DNA of 64,000 nucleotides from positions 13,764,001-13,828,000 of the forward strand of contig OZ024742.1 of the NCBI GenBank assembly GCA_964016885.1, written 5' to 3'. Made by a program: the position numbers and the translations under genes. This DNA comes from Eledone cirrhosa (lineage: Eukaryota). Every line of letters begins with the position of its first letter. Position 1 is the stretch's first letter. Under the pieces are notes generated by a model. It made no database searches, had not been told where the DNA came from, and worked only from the letters and a program-made list of their open reading frames with translations. Of this stretch, positions 1-13,597 are shown one piece after another.

Positions 1-1403
1 GCTGTGACATAGGTAATATATCTGTCACTTATATCATAGCTGTGACATAGGTAATAAATCTGTCACTTATATCATAGCTGTGACATAGGCGATATAACTG
101 TCACTTATATAATAGCTGTGACATAGGTAATATATCTGTCACTGATATCATATATGTGACATATGTAATATATCTGTCACTTATATCATAGCTGTGACAT
201 AGGTAATATATCTGTCACTTATATCATAGATGTGACATAGGTAATATATCTGTCACTTATATCATAGCTGTGACATAAAAGATAGATCTGTCACTTATAT
301 CATAGCTGTGACATAGGTAATATATCTGTCACTTATATCATAGTTGTGACATTGGCAATATATCTGTCACTTATATCATTGCTTTGACATAGGTAATATA
401 TCTGTCAATTATATCATAGCTGTGACATAGGTAATATATCTGTCACTTATATCATAGCTGTGACATAGGTGATATATCTGTCTCTTATATCATAGCTGTG
501 ACACAGGTAATATATCTGTCATTTATATCATAGCTGTGACATAGGTAATATATCTGTCACTTATATCATAGCTGTGACATAGGCGATATAACTGTCACTT
601 ATATAATAGCTGTGACATAGGTAATATATCTGTCACTGATATCATAGCTGTGACATAGGCGATATATCTGTCACTTATATCATAGATGTGAAATAGGTAA
701 TATATCTGTCACTTATTTCATAGCTGTGACATAAAAGATAGATCTGTCACTTATATCATAGCTGTGACATAGGTAATATATCTGTCACTTATATCATAGT
801 TGTGACATAGGCAATATATCTGTCACTTATATCATAGCTGTGACATAGGTAATATATCTGTCACTTATATCATATATGTGACATATGTAATATATCTGTC
901 ACTTATATCATAGCTGTGACATAGGTAATATATCTGTCACTTATATCATAGCTGTGACATAGGGGATATATCTGTCACTTATATCATAGCTGTGACATAG
1001 GTAATATATCTGTCACTTATACCATAGCTGTGACACAGGTAATATATCTGTCACTTATATCATAGCTGTGACATAGGAGAGAGATCTGTCACTTATATCA
1101 TAGCTGTGACATAGGTGATATATCTGTCACTTATACCACAGCTGTGACATAGGGGATATATCTGTCACTTATATCACAGCTGTGACATAGGGGATATATC
1201 TGTCACTTATTTCATAGCTGTGACATAGGTAATATATCTGTCACTTATATCTCAGCTGTGACATAGGAGAGAGATCTGTCACTTATACCATAGCTGTGAC
1301 ATAGAAGATATATCTGTCACTTATATCATAGCTGTGACATAGGAGATATATCTGTCACATCATAACTGTGACATAGGTAATACCTTTGTCTCTTATATCA
1401 TAA
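1..1403. repeat. 38-bp minisatellite (GCTGTGACATAGGTAATATATCTGTCACTTATATCATA)n, ~37 copies, runs off the left edge
   Basis: Directly visible 38-bp periodicity; each unit carries an internal GTGACA/TGTCAC inverted repeat. Confidence 0.97.
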
Positions 1404-1575
1404 CTGTTGTTGTTGCTGCTGTTGATTTTGTTGCTGTTGTTACTGCTGTTGTTGCTGATTTCGCTGTTGTTGCTGTTATTGCTATTGCTATTCTTGTTGT
1501 ATTTGTTGTTACTGTTGTGGCTGCTGTTGCTGATGATGATGTTGTTGCTGATGATGCTGGAGTTGTTGTTGTTGC
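1404..1575. repeat. Degenerate (GTT/GCT/GAT)n trinucleotide tract
   Basis: Visible; explains the poly-Leu ORF 1407..1634. Confidence 0.9.
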
Positions 1576-1669
1576 CGTTCTCGCATGACTTTGCTAAGCA
1601 ACCGAACGAAGTTTTCTGTGTATTTGGTCCGTGAAATCTTTTGCTTTAGTTTTGAAATGTAAGTCAAGC

Positions 1670-2157
1670 AGACACTGGTAGAAACTCGTAGACATTGCTA
1701 GAAACTCGTAGAAAATGGTAGACACTAGTAAACACTAGTAGACTAGTAGACACTAGTAGACACTGGTAGAAACTAGTAGACACTGGTAGACACTAGTAGA
1801 AACTCGTAGAAACTGGTAGAACCTAGTAGACACTAGTAGACACTGGTAGAAACTCGTAGACACTAGTAGAGACTCGTAGAAACTAGTAGAAACTCGTAGA
1901 CACTCGTAGACACTAGTAGAAACTCGTTGACACTAGTAGAAACTAGTAGAAACTCGTTGACACTAGTAGAAACTAGTAGAAATTAGTAGAAACTAGTAGA
2001 AACTTGTAGACACTAGTAGAAACTAGTAGAAACTCGTAGACACTAGTACAAACTAGTAGAAACTAGTAGAAACTAGTAGAAACTAGTAGACACTAGTACA
2101 AACTCGTAGACACTATTACTAACTAGTAGAAACTCGTAAACACTGGTAGAAACTCGT
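1670..2157. repeat. 10-bp tandem repeat (ACTAGTAGAM / ACTCGTAGAM)n
   Basis: Visible 10-bp periodicity, ~48 units. Confidence 0.95.
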
Positions 2158-2487
2158 TTAACAATCACCAGAATGCTGACAATTTTAGAAGGCTGACACG
2201 TTTCCTCAACTCCACATATTGTTTTATGTCAACTATATTTTATAAACAAATCTTATACAATGATGGAAAATATTAAAAAAAGGATAAAAACAAAATTAAG
2301 TAATGAAAAAACTGGGGAAGAGTTAAAGAAGAACTGTAGGAGAAAGTTAAGGAAAAGACCACATATTGCAATCTCCTTCCAACGCTGAAAGAACTGACGA
2401 TGGGCCAGGTACCGACCTGTCCTGGGATATGGAATGGACGCACAATGGTTGCGTATCCCGAAATATGCCGTAATACTCTGTTTGGTG

Positions 2488-2822
2488 AAAGAGCGTGGTT
2501 TAGTGGTTAGTGTTAAGCTTACAATCGCGAGGTTGTGAGTTCGATTCTCGAACCGGGCGATGTGTTGTGTCCTTGAGCAAGACACTTTAATTTCACGTTG
2601 CTCCAGTTTACTCAGCTGTAGAAATGAGTTGGGATGTCACAGGTGTCAAGCTGTATCGGTCATTACCTTTCCCTTGGACAACAATGGCGACGTAGAGAGG
2701 GGAGACCGGTATGTATAAGTGACTACTGGTCTTCCATGAATCACCTTGCCCAGACTTGTGCCTCGAAGGGGAACTTTCTAGGTACAAATACCATGGTCAT
2801 TCAGGACTGAAGGGGGTCTTTA
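2488..2822 (+). mobile_element. tRNA-derived SINE with CORE-like central domain
   Basis: A-box-like TGGTTTAGTGG, B-box-like GAGTTCGATTC, then TGTGTCCTTGAGCAAGACACTT...CTCAGCTGTAGAAATG. Related copies at ~15005-15151 (-), ~59085 (+) and ~62808 (+). Confidence 0.85.
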
Positions 2823-3159
2823 CTATGTTTGGAAATAAAAGCCTGAAACACTTTGTTTGGTATTTACTTGCTCCGAGCTGTATGTAACAACAACAACAAC
2901 ATCTAATGTTTCTACTCTGAATATCTTGTGTAGGAAATAATAGGAAAACACTACAACGTCTGAGACAAAAATAGCTCAAATATAAAACGGAAATGTTGTG
3001 TATAATCAAAGATTAAATATTAGAAGACAACTGGCTTCGGATTAGATTGGAATCTTGTCGATTAAATATATTCTACGACTGTTTCAAGACATTCCCCACA
3101 CCTGGATAACATCATCAAAACAGACTCCATTTTGGGGGGTGACTTCTTATAGAATTTCC

Positions 3160-3231
<72 letters not shown>

Positions 3232-3409
3232 TTTTCTCCTTCACTCTTTGCCTTTCACACACTATCTCAAACACCTTCTCTCCTTCACAATCACTCTCTC
3301 CTCTCACCATTCTGTACTTCTCACACTTTCCCCTTTTCTCCTCCTCTCCTCTCTCCACCTCCTTCTCTCTCCATTCACTCTCTCTCTCTCCATTCACTCT
3401 CTCCATCCA

Positions 3410-3523
<114 letters not shown>

Positions 3524-3658
3524 TATATCCTCCAATATACATATTCTATAACCTATCCAAGTCTTCTTTTATGTACTCTAGTTTATCTCACATTTGTTTC
3601 TGTATTTGTACCAAGAGCACTAAACACCCCCACCGCCGCCTTCCTCCCTTGCATACAT

Positions 3659-3741
<83 letters not shown>

Positions 3742-3835
3742 CATATATATGTGTGTGTACATGTAAATATATATATATGCATGTATATATATGTTCATAT
3801 ATATGCATATATGTTCGTATGTCTCTCTCTCGCTC

Positions 3836-3876
<41 letters not shown>

Positions 3877-3895
3877 GCATATATATATATATACA

Positions 3896-3957
<62 letters not shown>

Positions 3958-4161
3958 GTATATAATGTATGTATGATATAAATAAATGAGTAAATAGACG
4001 GGGAATTGAAAGCTAGATTTGTGTATGACGTAAGTGGCTGGAAGGCAACTTTTTACTGATAACAGTAAAGTTTAACATAAAAATGCAGTCACGATAAAAG
4101 ATAATTAAGAGAAAAATGTAGGTAATAAGAAAAGAATGAGCTAAAAGAAGCGAGAAAATAA

Positions 4162-4242
<81 letters not shown>

Positions 4243-4268
4243 CACATATATATTTATATAATATATAT

Positions 4269-4299
<31 letters not shown>

Positions 4300-4383
4300 C
4301 ATTCCTATATATATATATATGTATACACATACATACACATATATATATATACACATACATACATATATATATATATATACACA

Positions 4384-4427
<44 letters not shown>

Positions 4428-4562
4428 TATATATAGTGATATATATATGTATATATATATAGTGATATATATATATATAGATATATATGTATATATAGTG
4501 ATATATATATATATTGTGATATATATAATATATATATTGTGATATATATATATATATATATA

Positions 4563-4602
<40 letters not shown>

Positions 4603-4607
<5 letters not shown>

Positions 4608-4925
4608 TGTATGTATAGGTACATACATATATGTATACAGACGTACAGTAGTATGTATATATATACATACATGCACACATATATATATGTGTACGGTTTA
4701 CCGAACATTGATTATAATGTTCGGTTTATTTGTTTGTAAACAAACAAACAGCCCGAATTACGCCGTACAGCGTTCAAGCAACCATCGTCGCCCTTTTGTT
4801 CAACACTGACACATTACTGTACGTCTGTATACATATATGTATGTACGTATACATACATACTTACATTTAAGTATCAAACGTACTAAAAGTGACAAATGAA
4901 ATTTCGATACATTCTTTTCCATTTA
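4603..4925 (+). mobile_element. Short non-coding element, family H1, copy 1 (inverted segment + 3' tail)
   Basis: 4603-4812 is the reverse complement of part of 8765-9120; it is followed by the forward tail ...GTACTAAAAGTGACAAATGAAATTTCG. Confidence 0.7.
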
Positions 4926-5030
4926 TGCATATATATATATATATATATAGTGATAAATATATATATATATAGTGACATATATATATATACGATATTAAAT
5001 AAATGGAAACTATATTTATAAAACCATATT

Positions 5031-5095
5031 TATTTCATTATACATATTTCAGGGATACCAAATTAAAATATGGTATGCCTTCATCAGACAAAATA
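5031..5095 (-). ncRNA. Type I hammerhead ribozyme (inverted copy)
   Basis: Reverse complement of 5310-5374. Confidence 0.7.
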
Positions 5096-5309
5096 CAATA
5101 TATAAACAGTTTTATAAATAATTTTGACGTACCCTATTAGATGCGACCATTATTTTTGGAAGCTGTCTGGATAGTTAGATGTTTATAATTATTTTATTAG
5201 TTAAACATTATAAACATTATAAACATCTAACTATCCAGACAGCTTCCAAAAATAATGGTCGCATCTAATAGGGTACGTCAAAATTATTTATAAAACTGTT
5301 TATATATTG

Positions 5310-5374
5310 TATTTTGTCTGATGAAGGCATACCATATTTTAATTTGGTATCCCTGAAATATGTATAATGAAATA
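5310..5374 (+). ncRNA. Type I hammerhead ribozyme
   Basis: TATTTTGT-CTGATGA-stem II (AGGcATACCA/TGGTATcCCT)-GAAA-TATGTA-TA-ATGAAATA; stem I pairs with G-U wobbles. Confidence 0.7.
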
Positions 5375-5502
5375 AATATGGTTTTATAAATATAGTTTCC
5401 ATTTATTTAGTATCGTATATCTATTCCAAAAACTTGTCGAGTGCTTTATATCAGTTATAAAATATTTACTTGTTGTATCCCAACAATTTTAAATAGAACT
5501 TT

Positions 5503-5552
<50 letters not shown>

Positions 5553-5667
5553 TATATATATATATATATAGTGATATATATATATATATAGTGATATATA
5601 TAGATATATAGATATATAGATATATAGTGATATATATATAGTGATATATATATATATACTTTCCCAC

Positions 5668-5774
<107 letters not shown>

Positions 5775-5810
5775 GTGATATACATATATATATATAATGA
5801 TATATATATA

Positions 5811-5864
<54 letters not shown>

Positions 5865-5866
<2 letters not shown>

Positions 5867-6205
5867 TATGTATACGTACATACATATATGTATACAGACC
5901 TACAGTAGTATGTATATATATACATACATGCACACATATATATATGTACGTATGGATTTACCGAACATTTAATATAATGCTCGGTTTGTTTGTAAACAAA
6001 CATCCCGAATTAAGCCGTACGGTGTTTAGCAACCATCGTTGCGCTTTTGTTCAACACTGACAAAGGAACGATGTACTAGTTTCAAGCTTATTAGCTATCG
6101 TCAGCACCGTATACCTTCCTGCCAGATGATTGAACGTCTGAAAGTATATTTAAGTAAAAGCCGTACTAAGAGTGAGAAATGAAATTTCGTTTCATTTTTT
6201 CCGTA
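5865..6205 (+). mobile_element. Family H1, copy 2 (long inverted segment including the hammerhead + 3' tail)
   Basis: 5865-6146 is the reverse complement of ~8765-9058, then the forward tail AGCCGTACTAAGAGTGAGAAATGAAATTTCG. Confidence 0.75.
6068..6110 (-). ncRNA. Minimal type I hammerhead ribozyme
   Basis: Minus strand: ACGGTG-CTGACGA-TAGCTAATAAGCTT-GAAA-CTAG-TA-CATCGT. Confidence 0.75.
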
Positions 6206-6782
6206 TATATATATATAGTGATATATATATATATATATGTCTATATATATATGTAAAAATTATCGAGAATCGGATTTCACCCCATGAAATAACGAGAAAA
6301 CACTTCCGAATTGTGAGGCAAGCGGTCAATAACTCAAATGAATTAGAGCTTACAACTTACGTTAAAGGCCAAACACACTGAGACGGTGGTTAAACTAATC
6401 ATCCACACAGCGAAGATTCGATCTCCTATTTTGGGTCAAACAGATATACAGATATGAAAATATACATGTTTGATACTCACCCGGACCCCTGGAATGATGG
6501 TAAAGTCCAGTGTTGGGGTTTCTGCGGCTCCATAAGTCATTTACTGTCCACTTACATAAAGGATGTTAAGTTTCTCGTATCCTGACTGAACTAGGAGTAC
6601 GCGTTGTCAACGGGATTCAGTTCGAAAGTCCTCAGAGATGTGTCTGTAACTGACCCCACGTGGGGTTCAGCAAGGGAGGCAACACCTATATTAGGCGATT
6701 GAATTCATCTGTGTATAATATTGCGAAAATGCAAAATATCACAAATCGAATGAAGCTCTCGACAGAGTGGTTAAATAGAAAC

Positions 6783-6844
<62 letters not shown>

Positions 6845-6846
<2 letters not shown>

Positions 6847-7005
6847 GTTTCTACTTTTGGCACAAGGCCAGCTAATACGCAGTGCATTACTGGTACTTTA
6901 CTTTATCGACCCCGTAAGGATGAAAGCCAAAGTTAACCTCGGCGGGATTTGAACTCAGTCCGTAAAGGGACGTAACTGTGCTACAAAGCATGGCGTCCGA
7001 TCCTA
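6845..7005 (-). mobile_element. tRNA-derived SINE (family with the ...GCCTTTCATCCTTACGGGGTCGATAAA... domain), partial
   Basis: Matches 17819-18040 in reverse. Confidence 0.8.
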
Positions 7006-7014
7006 TATATAGTG

Positions 7015-7073
<59 letters not shown>

Positions 7074-7154
7074 TATATATATATATATATACACTTTATA
7101 TAAATATATATATATTTATATATATATATTTATATATATATATTTATATATATA

Positions 7155-7228
<74 letters not shown>

Positions 7229-7311
7229 TATATATATATATATATATACACTTTATATAAATATATATATATTTATATATATATATTTATATATATATAT
7301 TTATATATATA

Positions 7312-7390
<79 letters not shown>

Positions 7391-7696
7391 TTTATATAAA
7401 TATATATATATGTGTGTGTATATATATATATGTATATACATTTATATAAAGTCTATATATATATGTATGTATATATATTTATATAAGGTGTATATATATA
7501 TATATTTCCATGACAATAGCATTGCTGCGAGGAAACTAGTATGTCTTACAATTAACCTTTCAGTACTATTAGTCGCTCAGGTAATTATTATTCTATTTGT
7601 TTATTTCAACGTGTAAATATAGATAACATTATCATTAGCTAATTATCTACTTCACTTTTTGAAAACAATCAATGTATACACGTGTATATATGTATG

Positions 7697-7732
<36 letters not shown>

Positions 7733-7745
7733 ACATATATATGTG

Positions 7746-7814
<69 letters not shown>

Positions 7815-7960
7815 TTTTATATATACCATATATATATATATATACTATTATATATACCATATATATACTATTAGATATACTATTATATATACCATTATAT
7901 ATACATATATATATATAATAGTATATATATATAATATATACATATATGCAATAGTATATG

Positions 7961-8000
<40 letters not shown>

Positions 8001-8333
8001 TATTATATATTATATATTATATATTATATATTATACATATAATAGTATATATATAATATATATATATATAATAGTATATATATATATATACTATTATATA
8101 TATAATAGTATATATAATAGTATATATATATATGTATACTATCATATATACCATTATATAGACTATTATATATACTATCCCGCCGAGTTCAAATCCCGCC
8201 GAGGTTGACTTTGCCTTTCATCCTTACGGGGTCGATAAAATAAAGTACATGCACACATATATATATGTACGTATGGATTCACCGAACATTTATTATAATG
8301 CTCGGTGTGTTCAACCATCTGGCAGGAAGGTAT

Positions 8334-8376
8334 ACGTTGCTGACGATAACTAATAAGCTTGAAACTAGTACAGCGT
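8334..8376 (+). ncRNA. Minimal type I hammerhead ribozyme
   Basis: ACGTTG-CTGACGA-TAACTAATAAGCTT-GAAA-CTAG-TA-CAGCGT; 6-bp stem I, palindromic stem III. Confidence 0.8.
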
Positions 8377-8521
8377 TCCTTTGTCAGTGTTGAACAAATG
8401 AGCAACGATGGTTGCTAGACACTGTTCGGCTTAATTCGGGATGTTTGTTTACAAACACACCAAGCATTATAATAAATGTTCGGTGAATCCATATGTACAT
8501 ATATATATGTGTGCATGTATG

Positions 8522-8575
<54 letters not shown>

Positions 8576-8801
8576 CTACTGTACGTCTGTATACATAAAT
8601 GTATGTACGTATACATACTTATATTTAAGTAACAGCCGTACTAAGAGTGAGAAATGAAATTTTGTTTCATTTTTTCCGTTTATCGTTTTTGGTGCGCCCG
8701 GCCGCTTAACTCACTCGATATGCAAATTAAGCTGCTCAGCCGTTAATATGCATAAGGAAAGTAAATACTTTCAGACGTTCAACCATCTGGCAGGAAGGTA
8801 T

Positions 8802-8844
8802 ACGTTGCTGACGATAGCTAATAAGCTTGAAACTAGTACATCGT
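8802..8844 (+). ncRNA. Minimal type I hammerhead ribozyme
   Basis: ACGTTG-CTGACGA-TAGCT AATA AGCTT-GAAA-CTAG-TA-CATCGT. Confidence 0.8.
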
Positions 8845-9376
8845 CCCTTTGTCAGTGTTGAACAAATGAGCAACGATGGTTGCTAGACACTGTACGGCTT
8901 AATTCGGGATGTTTGTTTACAAACACACCGAGCATTATAATAAATGTTCGGTGAATCCATACGTACATATATATATATGTGTGCATGTATGTATATATAT
9001 ATATATATACATACTACTGTACGTCTGTATACATATATGTATGTACGTATACATACTTATATTTAAGTAACAGCCGTACTAAGAGTGAGAAATGAAATTT
9101 CGTTTCATTTTTTCCGTTTATATATATACTATTATATATATATATTATATATATATATATATACTATTATATATATTATATATATATATATACTATCATA
9201 TATACTATTATATATGTACCATTATATATGTATATATACTATTATATATTATATATGTATACATACTATTATATATTATTTTATGTATATATACTATTAT
9301 ATATTATTTGTCTGTAAATGTACTATTATATATTATATATTATATATATACTATTATATATATACTATTATATATA

Positions 9377-9427
<51 letters not shown>

Positions 9428-9437
9428 ATATATACTA

Positions 9438-10215
9438 CTAGCAGTGGTACCCGGCGTTTCACGGGATAAGGTATTTTGGAACGCGGGCCGCCAACAGACC
9501 AAATCGTGGAAAAACTGCGTGCCTGGACAATATGTAAAGAAAATAAACCGAATACTCTGATGGCTGGATAATCTTTAAGATTTTACTCGATGAAGTAGGA
9601 AAGATGCAGGTTTTCACCTAATCCTAGGGGATCAAGAAAATGAATTTTTTTTATGTGCATAATATGCCTTGAAATTTCGGGAAAATCGGCTAGACATAAC
9701 GCCTCCAAAAAGCCCTAAGAAGCTGAAAAAATGAAGTTTTTCACCTAATGCGGGCCCTAGGGGGATCAACAAGTTGAATTTTTTTATGTGCATAACATTC
9801 CCTGAAACATAAGTAATACACACGTAAAGTTTTAAAAAGTCGGTTCGGTACTTCTCGAGTTTTAGGTATTCAAACTCACAGACACACAGACACACACACA
9901 CACAGACAGACATCCTCAGGGAAGTGACGTAGTGCAGACAGTCAGACATACAGACAGATATTATAAGGGCACGACGTTATATGTATGGATGTATCTAAAA
10001 GGAGAAAGACTAAGAATTATAGAGAGAGATCGCTAAATCGGCTAATGCGGTCCCTAGGGCATTGATAATTTGAAATTCTTTTTGCTCAGAACACTCCCTG
10101 AAACATAAGTATTACATGTATAAAGTTTGAAAACAGTCGGTTAGGTGTTTCTCGGGTTTTAGGGATTCAAACTCACACACACACAGACAGATATCCTCAG
10201 TTTTATATATATAGA
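9438..10215 (-). mobile_element. Non-autonomous Helitron-like element
   Basis: On the minus strand it starts TC(TATATATATAAA), ends with a GC-rich hairpin (CCCGTGAAACGCCGGG) and CTAG, and is inserted between A and T. It has internal direct repeats. Confidence 0.7.
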
Positions 10216-10240
10216 TTATATATATTCATATATATATACA

Positions 10241-10318
<78 letters not shown>

Positions 10319-10815
10319 TATATACTTTCACAAACACCCACTAACATATATGTCTATATAGTGCTACATACCCTATCAGGTTATATGTGTGTTTGTGTGA
10401 GTGTATGTGTCAACGTCAATGTGTGTTTGTGTGCGTGTATGTGTCAACGTGTGTGTGTTCGTGTGAGTGTATGTGTCAACGTGTGTGTGTTCGTGTGAGT
10501 GTATGTATCAACGTGTGTGTGTTTGTGTGAGTGTATGTGTCAATGTCAATGTGTGTTTGTGTGAGTGTAAGTGTCAACATGTGCGTGTTTGTGTCAACAT
10601 GTTTGTCTTTGTGTCAAGTCTCTATATATATGTGTGTGTTTACTTTTACCATTAGTTAATTACTACAAGTAGACAATGTTTCGGCTTTTAATTACGGTTT
10701 AATTGTAATTGACATTCTTCTTAATGGGCTGTTATTGTTTGTTTGACTTGATGCCTGCCAGAAATGTACTCACAAATAGAAACACACCCAGCCACACGTT
10801 TATTTACAGCAGGTT

Positions 10816-10849
<34 letters not shown>

Positions 10850-11060
10850 CGTTTCTGAATTTGTTTAGCAAGATTCTTTATCTGAAATCGTGTGTTGAAA
10901 CCGATATTGTTATACTTTGGGAGGGTCATGTTGCCAATAAGAAACACATGCACCAGTTGCTTTCACTTCAATTTATTATAATAAATTTATAATAAATTTA
11001 TAAATTTATAAATTTCTGGTTGGTTGGTTGGTTCCACAACCAGATAGTTGTTTATATATT

Positions 11061-11103
11061 GTCATAGTTCTTTCGTCACACACTCTGTGACCTCTTCAGT
11101 GAC
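11061..11103 (-). ncRNA. Hammerhead ribozyme variant in the PLE 3' region
   Basis: Minus strand: GTCA-CTGAAGA(G)-GTCACA GAGTG TGTGAC-GAAA-GAAC-TA-TGAC; extra base in the core and a weak stem III. Confidence 0.6.
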
Positions 11104-11304
11104 TGGGGATTCCTTTCTTTGTTTCTGTGCCTCTCCTTTATTCTGTCCTACGCCATTTTGTTTCTGTGTGTGTGTTGTGTGCTCAGTCTGCGCATGCGCC
11201 ACATCCGGGTGTCTGTGTGTGTTTATGTTCATTTATTTATTTGTTTATTTACATGTTACTGGTTGGTTGTTTGTTCTATGTGTGTGTGTGTTTTCATTTT
11301 GTCC

Positions 11305-12600
11305 TTAATTGTAAGTTGTGATGTTGCTGTTCCACTCATATTTTCTATTTAATTTTGGTTGTAATTCTTTTATGTTTATTGCCTCTGTAATTTGTCTAAA
11401 CATTGCGTCTTTTCTGTGTGTAGATTCTATTTTTATTTCTATGTTCTCTAATTTACCCTTGTGTTCTATCTTAGCATGTTGGTAGAGTACAGATGATTCT
11501 TTACTATCTTGAAGGTCTCGCCAGTGTTCATTTATCCGTTCCCCTACACTACGAGCTGTCTCACCTATGTACACTATATTTTTGTCTCTACATTGTCCTT
11601 CGGTACATCTTATGCTATACACTACATTTCTAGTTTTACAGTTAATATGGGGGCTTATTTTACAGGTTATACATTTCTTATCTATACATGAGGGTCTTTG
11701 AAAAGGATATGTTTTGCTAATGAGTGTTTTTACGGAGGTACCAGGTCTTTCTACTATCTTAATATTGAGTTTATGTTTATTTAGGGCCCTTCTAAATTTG
11801 TAAGCTAATTCTCCTCTAGGGGTTGTATCGATGAACATTACACTCTGGTATTTATTGCTATCATACCATGAGTTTATTCTATTAGTCTTGTTCCTAGTTC
11901 TTTCTATTCTATTCCAAAATTTGCTCCTATACAAGGGGCAGGTCCCATTTATGTCATTATTTACCATTTTTTCCCATTTGGTTCTGGCTCCTCTATACAC
12001 TCTGATTTTATCTCTCTGGTTGTAGCCAGAGAACTGCATACGGTGGATGAAGTGTTGTATGTGTCTCTCTAGTTCTTCGGGGTTGCACATGCGGGACACG
12101 TTTCTCATCACCCGTACCAAATCCGCAATCAGTATGTTGATTTTGGTATGGTCCGAAACGGCCGAGTTTCGGTGGATCAGATGTTTGGAAGTCATGGGTT
12201 TGGCATAATGGGAATGGAGGATTTGTTTTTTTGTTATTAATGGTATCTAACCAGAGCTCTGCGTCTAGTACAGGTAATCGATGGTTGGGGTGTTTACTTG
12301 GGTAGTCTATAGTAACTCTAATACTCTGGTGGATGGAGTTAGCTATTTGCTGGATGCTTTCCATTGTGTTTTTCTCTAGTTCCTGACTGTTCTCTAGTGG
12401 GGGTGTCTTAACTACGATGTTTATATCATCAACGTAGCGGGAGTACATTATCAGGTTTAAGGGGTCTTCTAATTGTTCTTTAAGTTTAAGTTTAAGTCTA
12501 CTGTCCCACCATACCATGAATAAGTTAGCTATGTCGCCTGCAATGCTAACACCAATGGCTGCTCCTTCCTCTTGGGCATATGTTTTTCCATTAAATTTGA
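11305..12600 (-). pseudogene. PLE reverse transcriptase (partial) + thumb + GIY-YIG endonuclease, frameshifted
   Basis: GAAIGVSIAGDIANLFM, YSRYVDD, LPVLD, CxxxxCxxC linker, NVVY...YIGETARS. Frameshift near the T run at ~12225-12232 links ORFs 12008..12613 and 11305..12195. Confidence 0.9.
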
Positions 12601-12742
12601 ACCAACCAGCCAACCAGAAATTTATAAATTTATAAATTTATTATAAATTTATTATAATAAATTGAAGTGAAAGCAACTGGTGCGTGTGTTTCTTATTGGC
12701 AACATAACCCTCCCAAAGTTTAACAATATATATATATATATA

Positions 12743-13083
12743 AGTAGAAGTGGTATTTAATTTGTTGGAAGTCCGACAAACATAAATGTTTATAACTGAT
12801 TTAGAGTACTCAACATTTAACTGGAATAAATATTCAATGATATTAAATAAATGGAAACTATATTTATAAAACCATATTTATTTTATTATATATATTTCAA
12901 GGGCAACCAAAGTGAATTTCCAAGCGATAAGGTATGATTTTCATGGGTATGTCTCTATTTATAAAACAAACTTTGTATTTTATCTGATGAAAGCGTACCA
13001 ATGTTGTCTTGGTTGCCCTTGAAATATATATAATAAAATAAATATGGTTTTATAAATATAGTTTCCATTTATTTAATATCATT
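12743..13083. mobile_element. Family H2, copy 2: tail + inverted arms 12836-12910 / 13009-13083
   Basis: Shares GATATTAAATAAATGGAAACTATATTTATAAAACCATATT with 4985-5420. Confidence 0.75.
12976..13040 (+). ncRNA. Type I hammerhead ribozyme
   Basis: TATTTTAT-CTGATGA-AAGCGTACCAA..TTGGTTGCCCTT-GAAA-TATATA-TA-ATAAAATA; perfect 8-bp stem I. Confidence 0.75.
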
Positions 13084-13086
13084 ATA

Positions 13087-13251
<165 letters not shown>

Positions 13252-13547
13252 ATTATTTATATAAATTCACATATCTAAAATTAAATTAAGGGTGTCATGT
13301 CAGAGAGACATGCACATAATCACACACATTTCTAGTTGATATATAAATTTATATAAATGTATATAGATATATATGAACATATATATTCATTAAATACATA
13401 GATAGATAGATACTTGTATATATATATATATATAATACTGTATATATTTTACCTAATGATTCTATGAGCTTACTTTCTTATATATTGCTCTGATTGTTAA
13501 TTATTTAATTAATTCGTCATTGAGCCACACCGTGAATGGTTGCCAAA

Positions 13548-13597
<50 letters not shown>

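Larger units (their letters stand above)
4985..5505 (+). mobile_element. Palindromic short element, family H2 (205-bp inverted arms + ~85-bp tail), probably a PLE pLTR derivative
   Basis: 4985-5189 is the near-perfect reverse complement of 5216-5420. The tail 5420-5505 resembles 12743-12835 (opposite strand). Flanked by (TA)n. Confidence 0.8.
8245..9120 (+). mobile_element. Family H1, copies 3 and 4 in tandem; copy 3 has a 5' inversion
   Basis: ~8310-8682 repeats at ~8780-9120; 8245-8310 is an inverted copy of ~8452-8520. Confidence 0.8.
10847..12729 (-). mobile_element. 5'-truncated Penelope-like retroelement with a 130-bp inverted terminal segment
   Basis: RT and GIY-YIG ORFs; 10904-11033 is inverted at 12600-12729; (TA)n on both flanks. 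Confidence 0.9.

Noticed and set aside
1-1403. CRISPR array
   Set aside because: No unique spacers, no cas genes, eukaryotic context.
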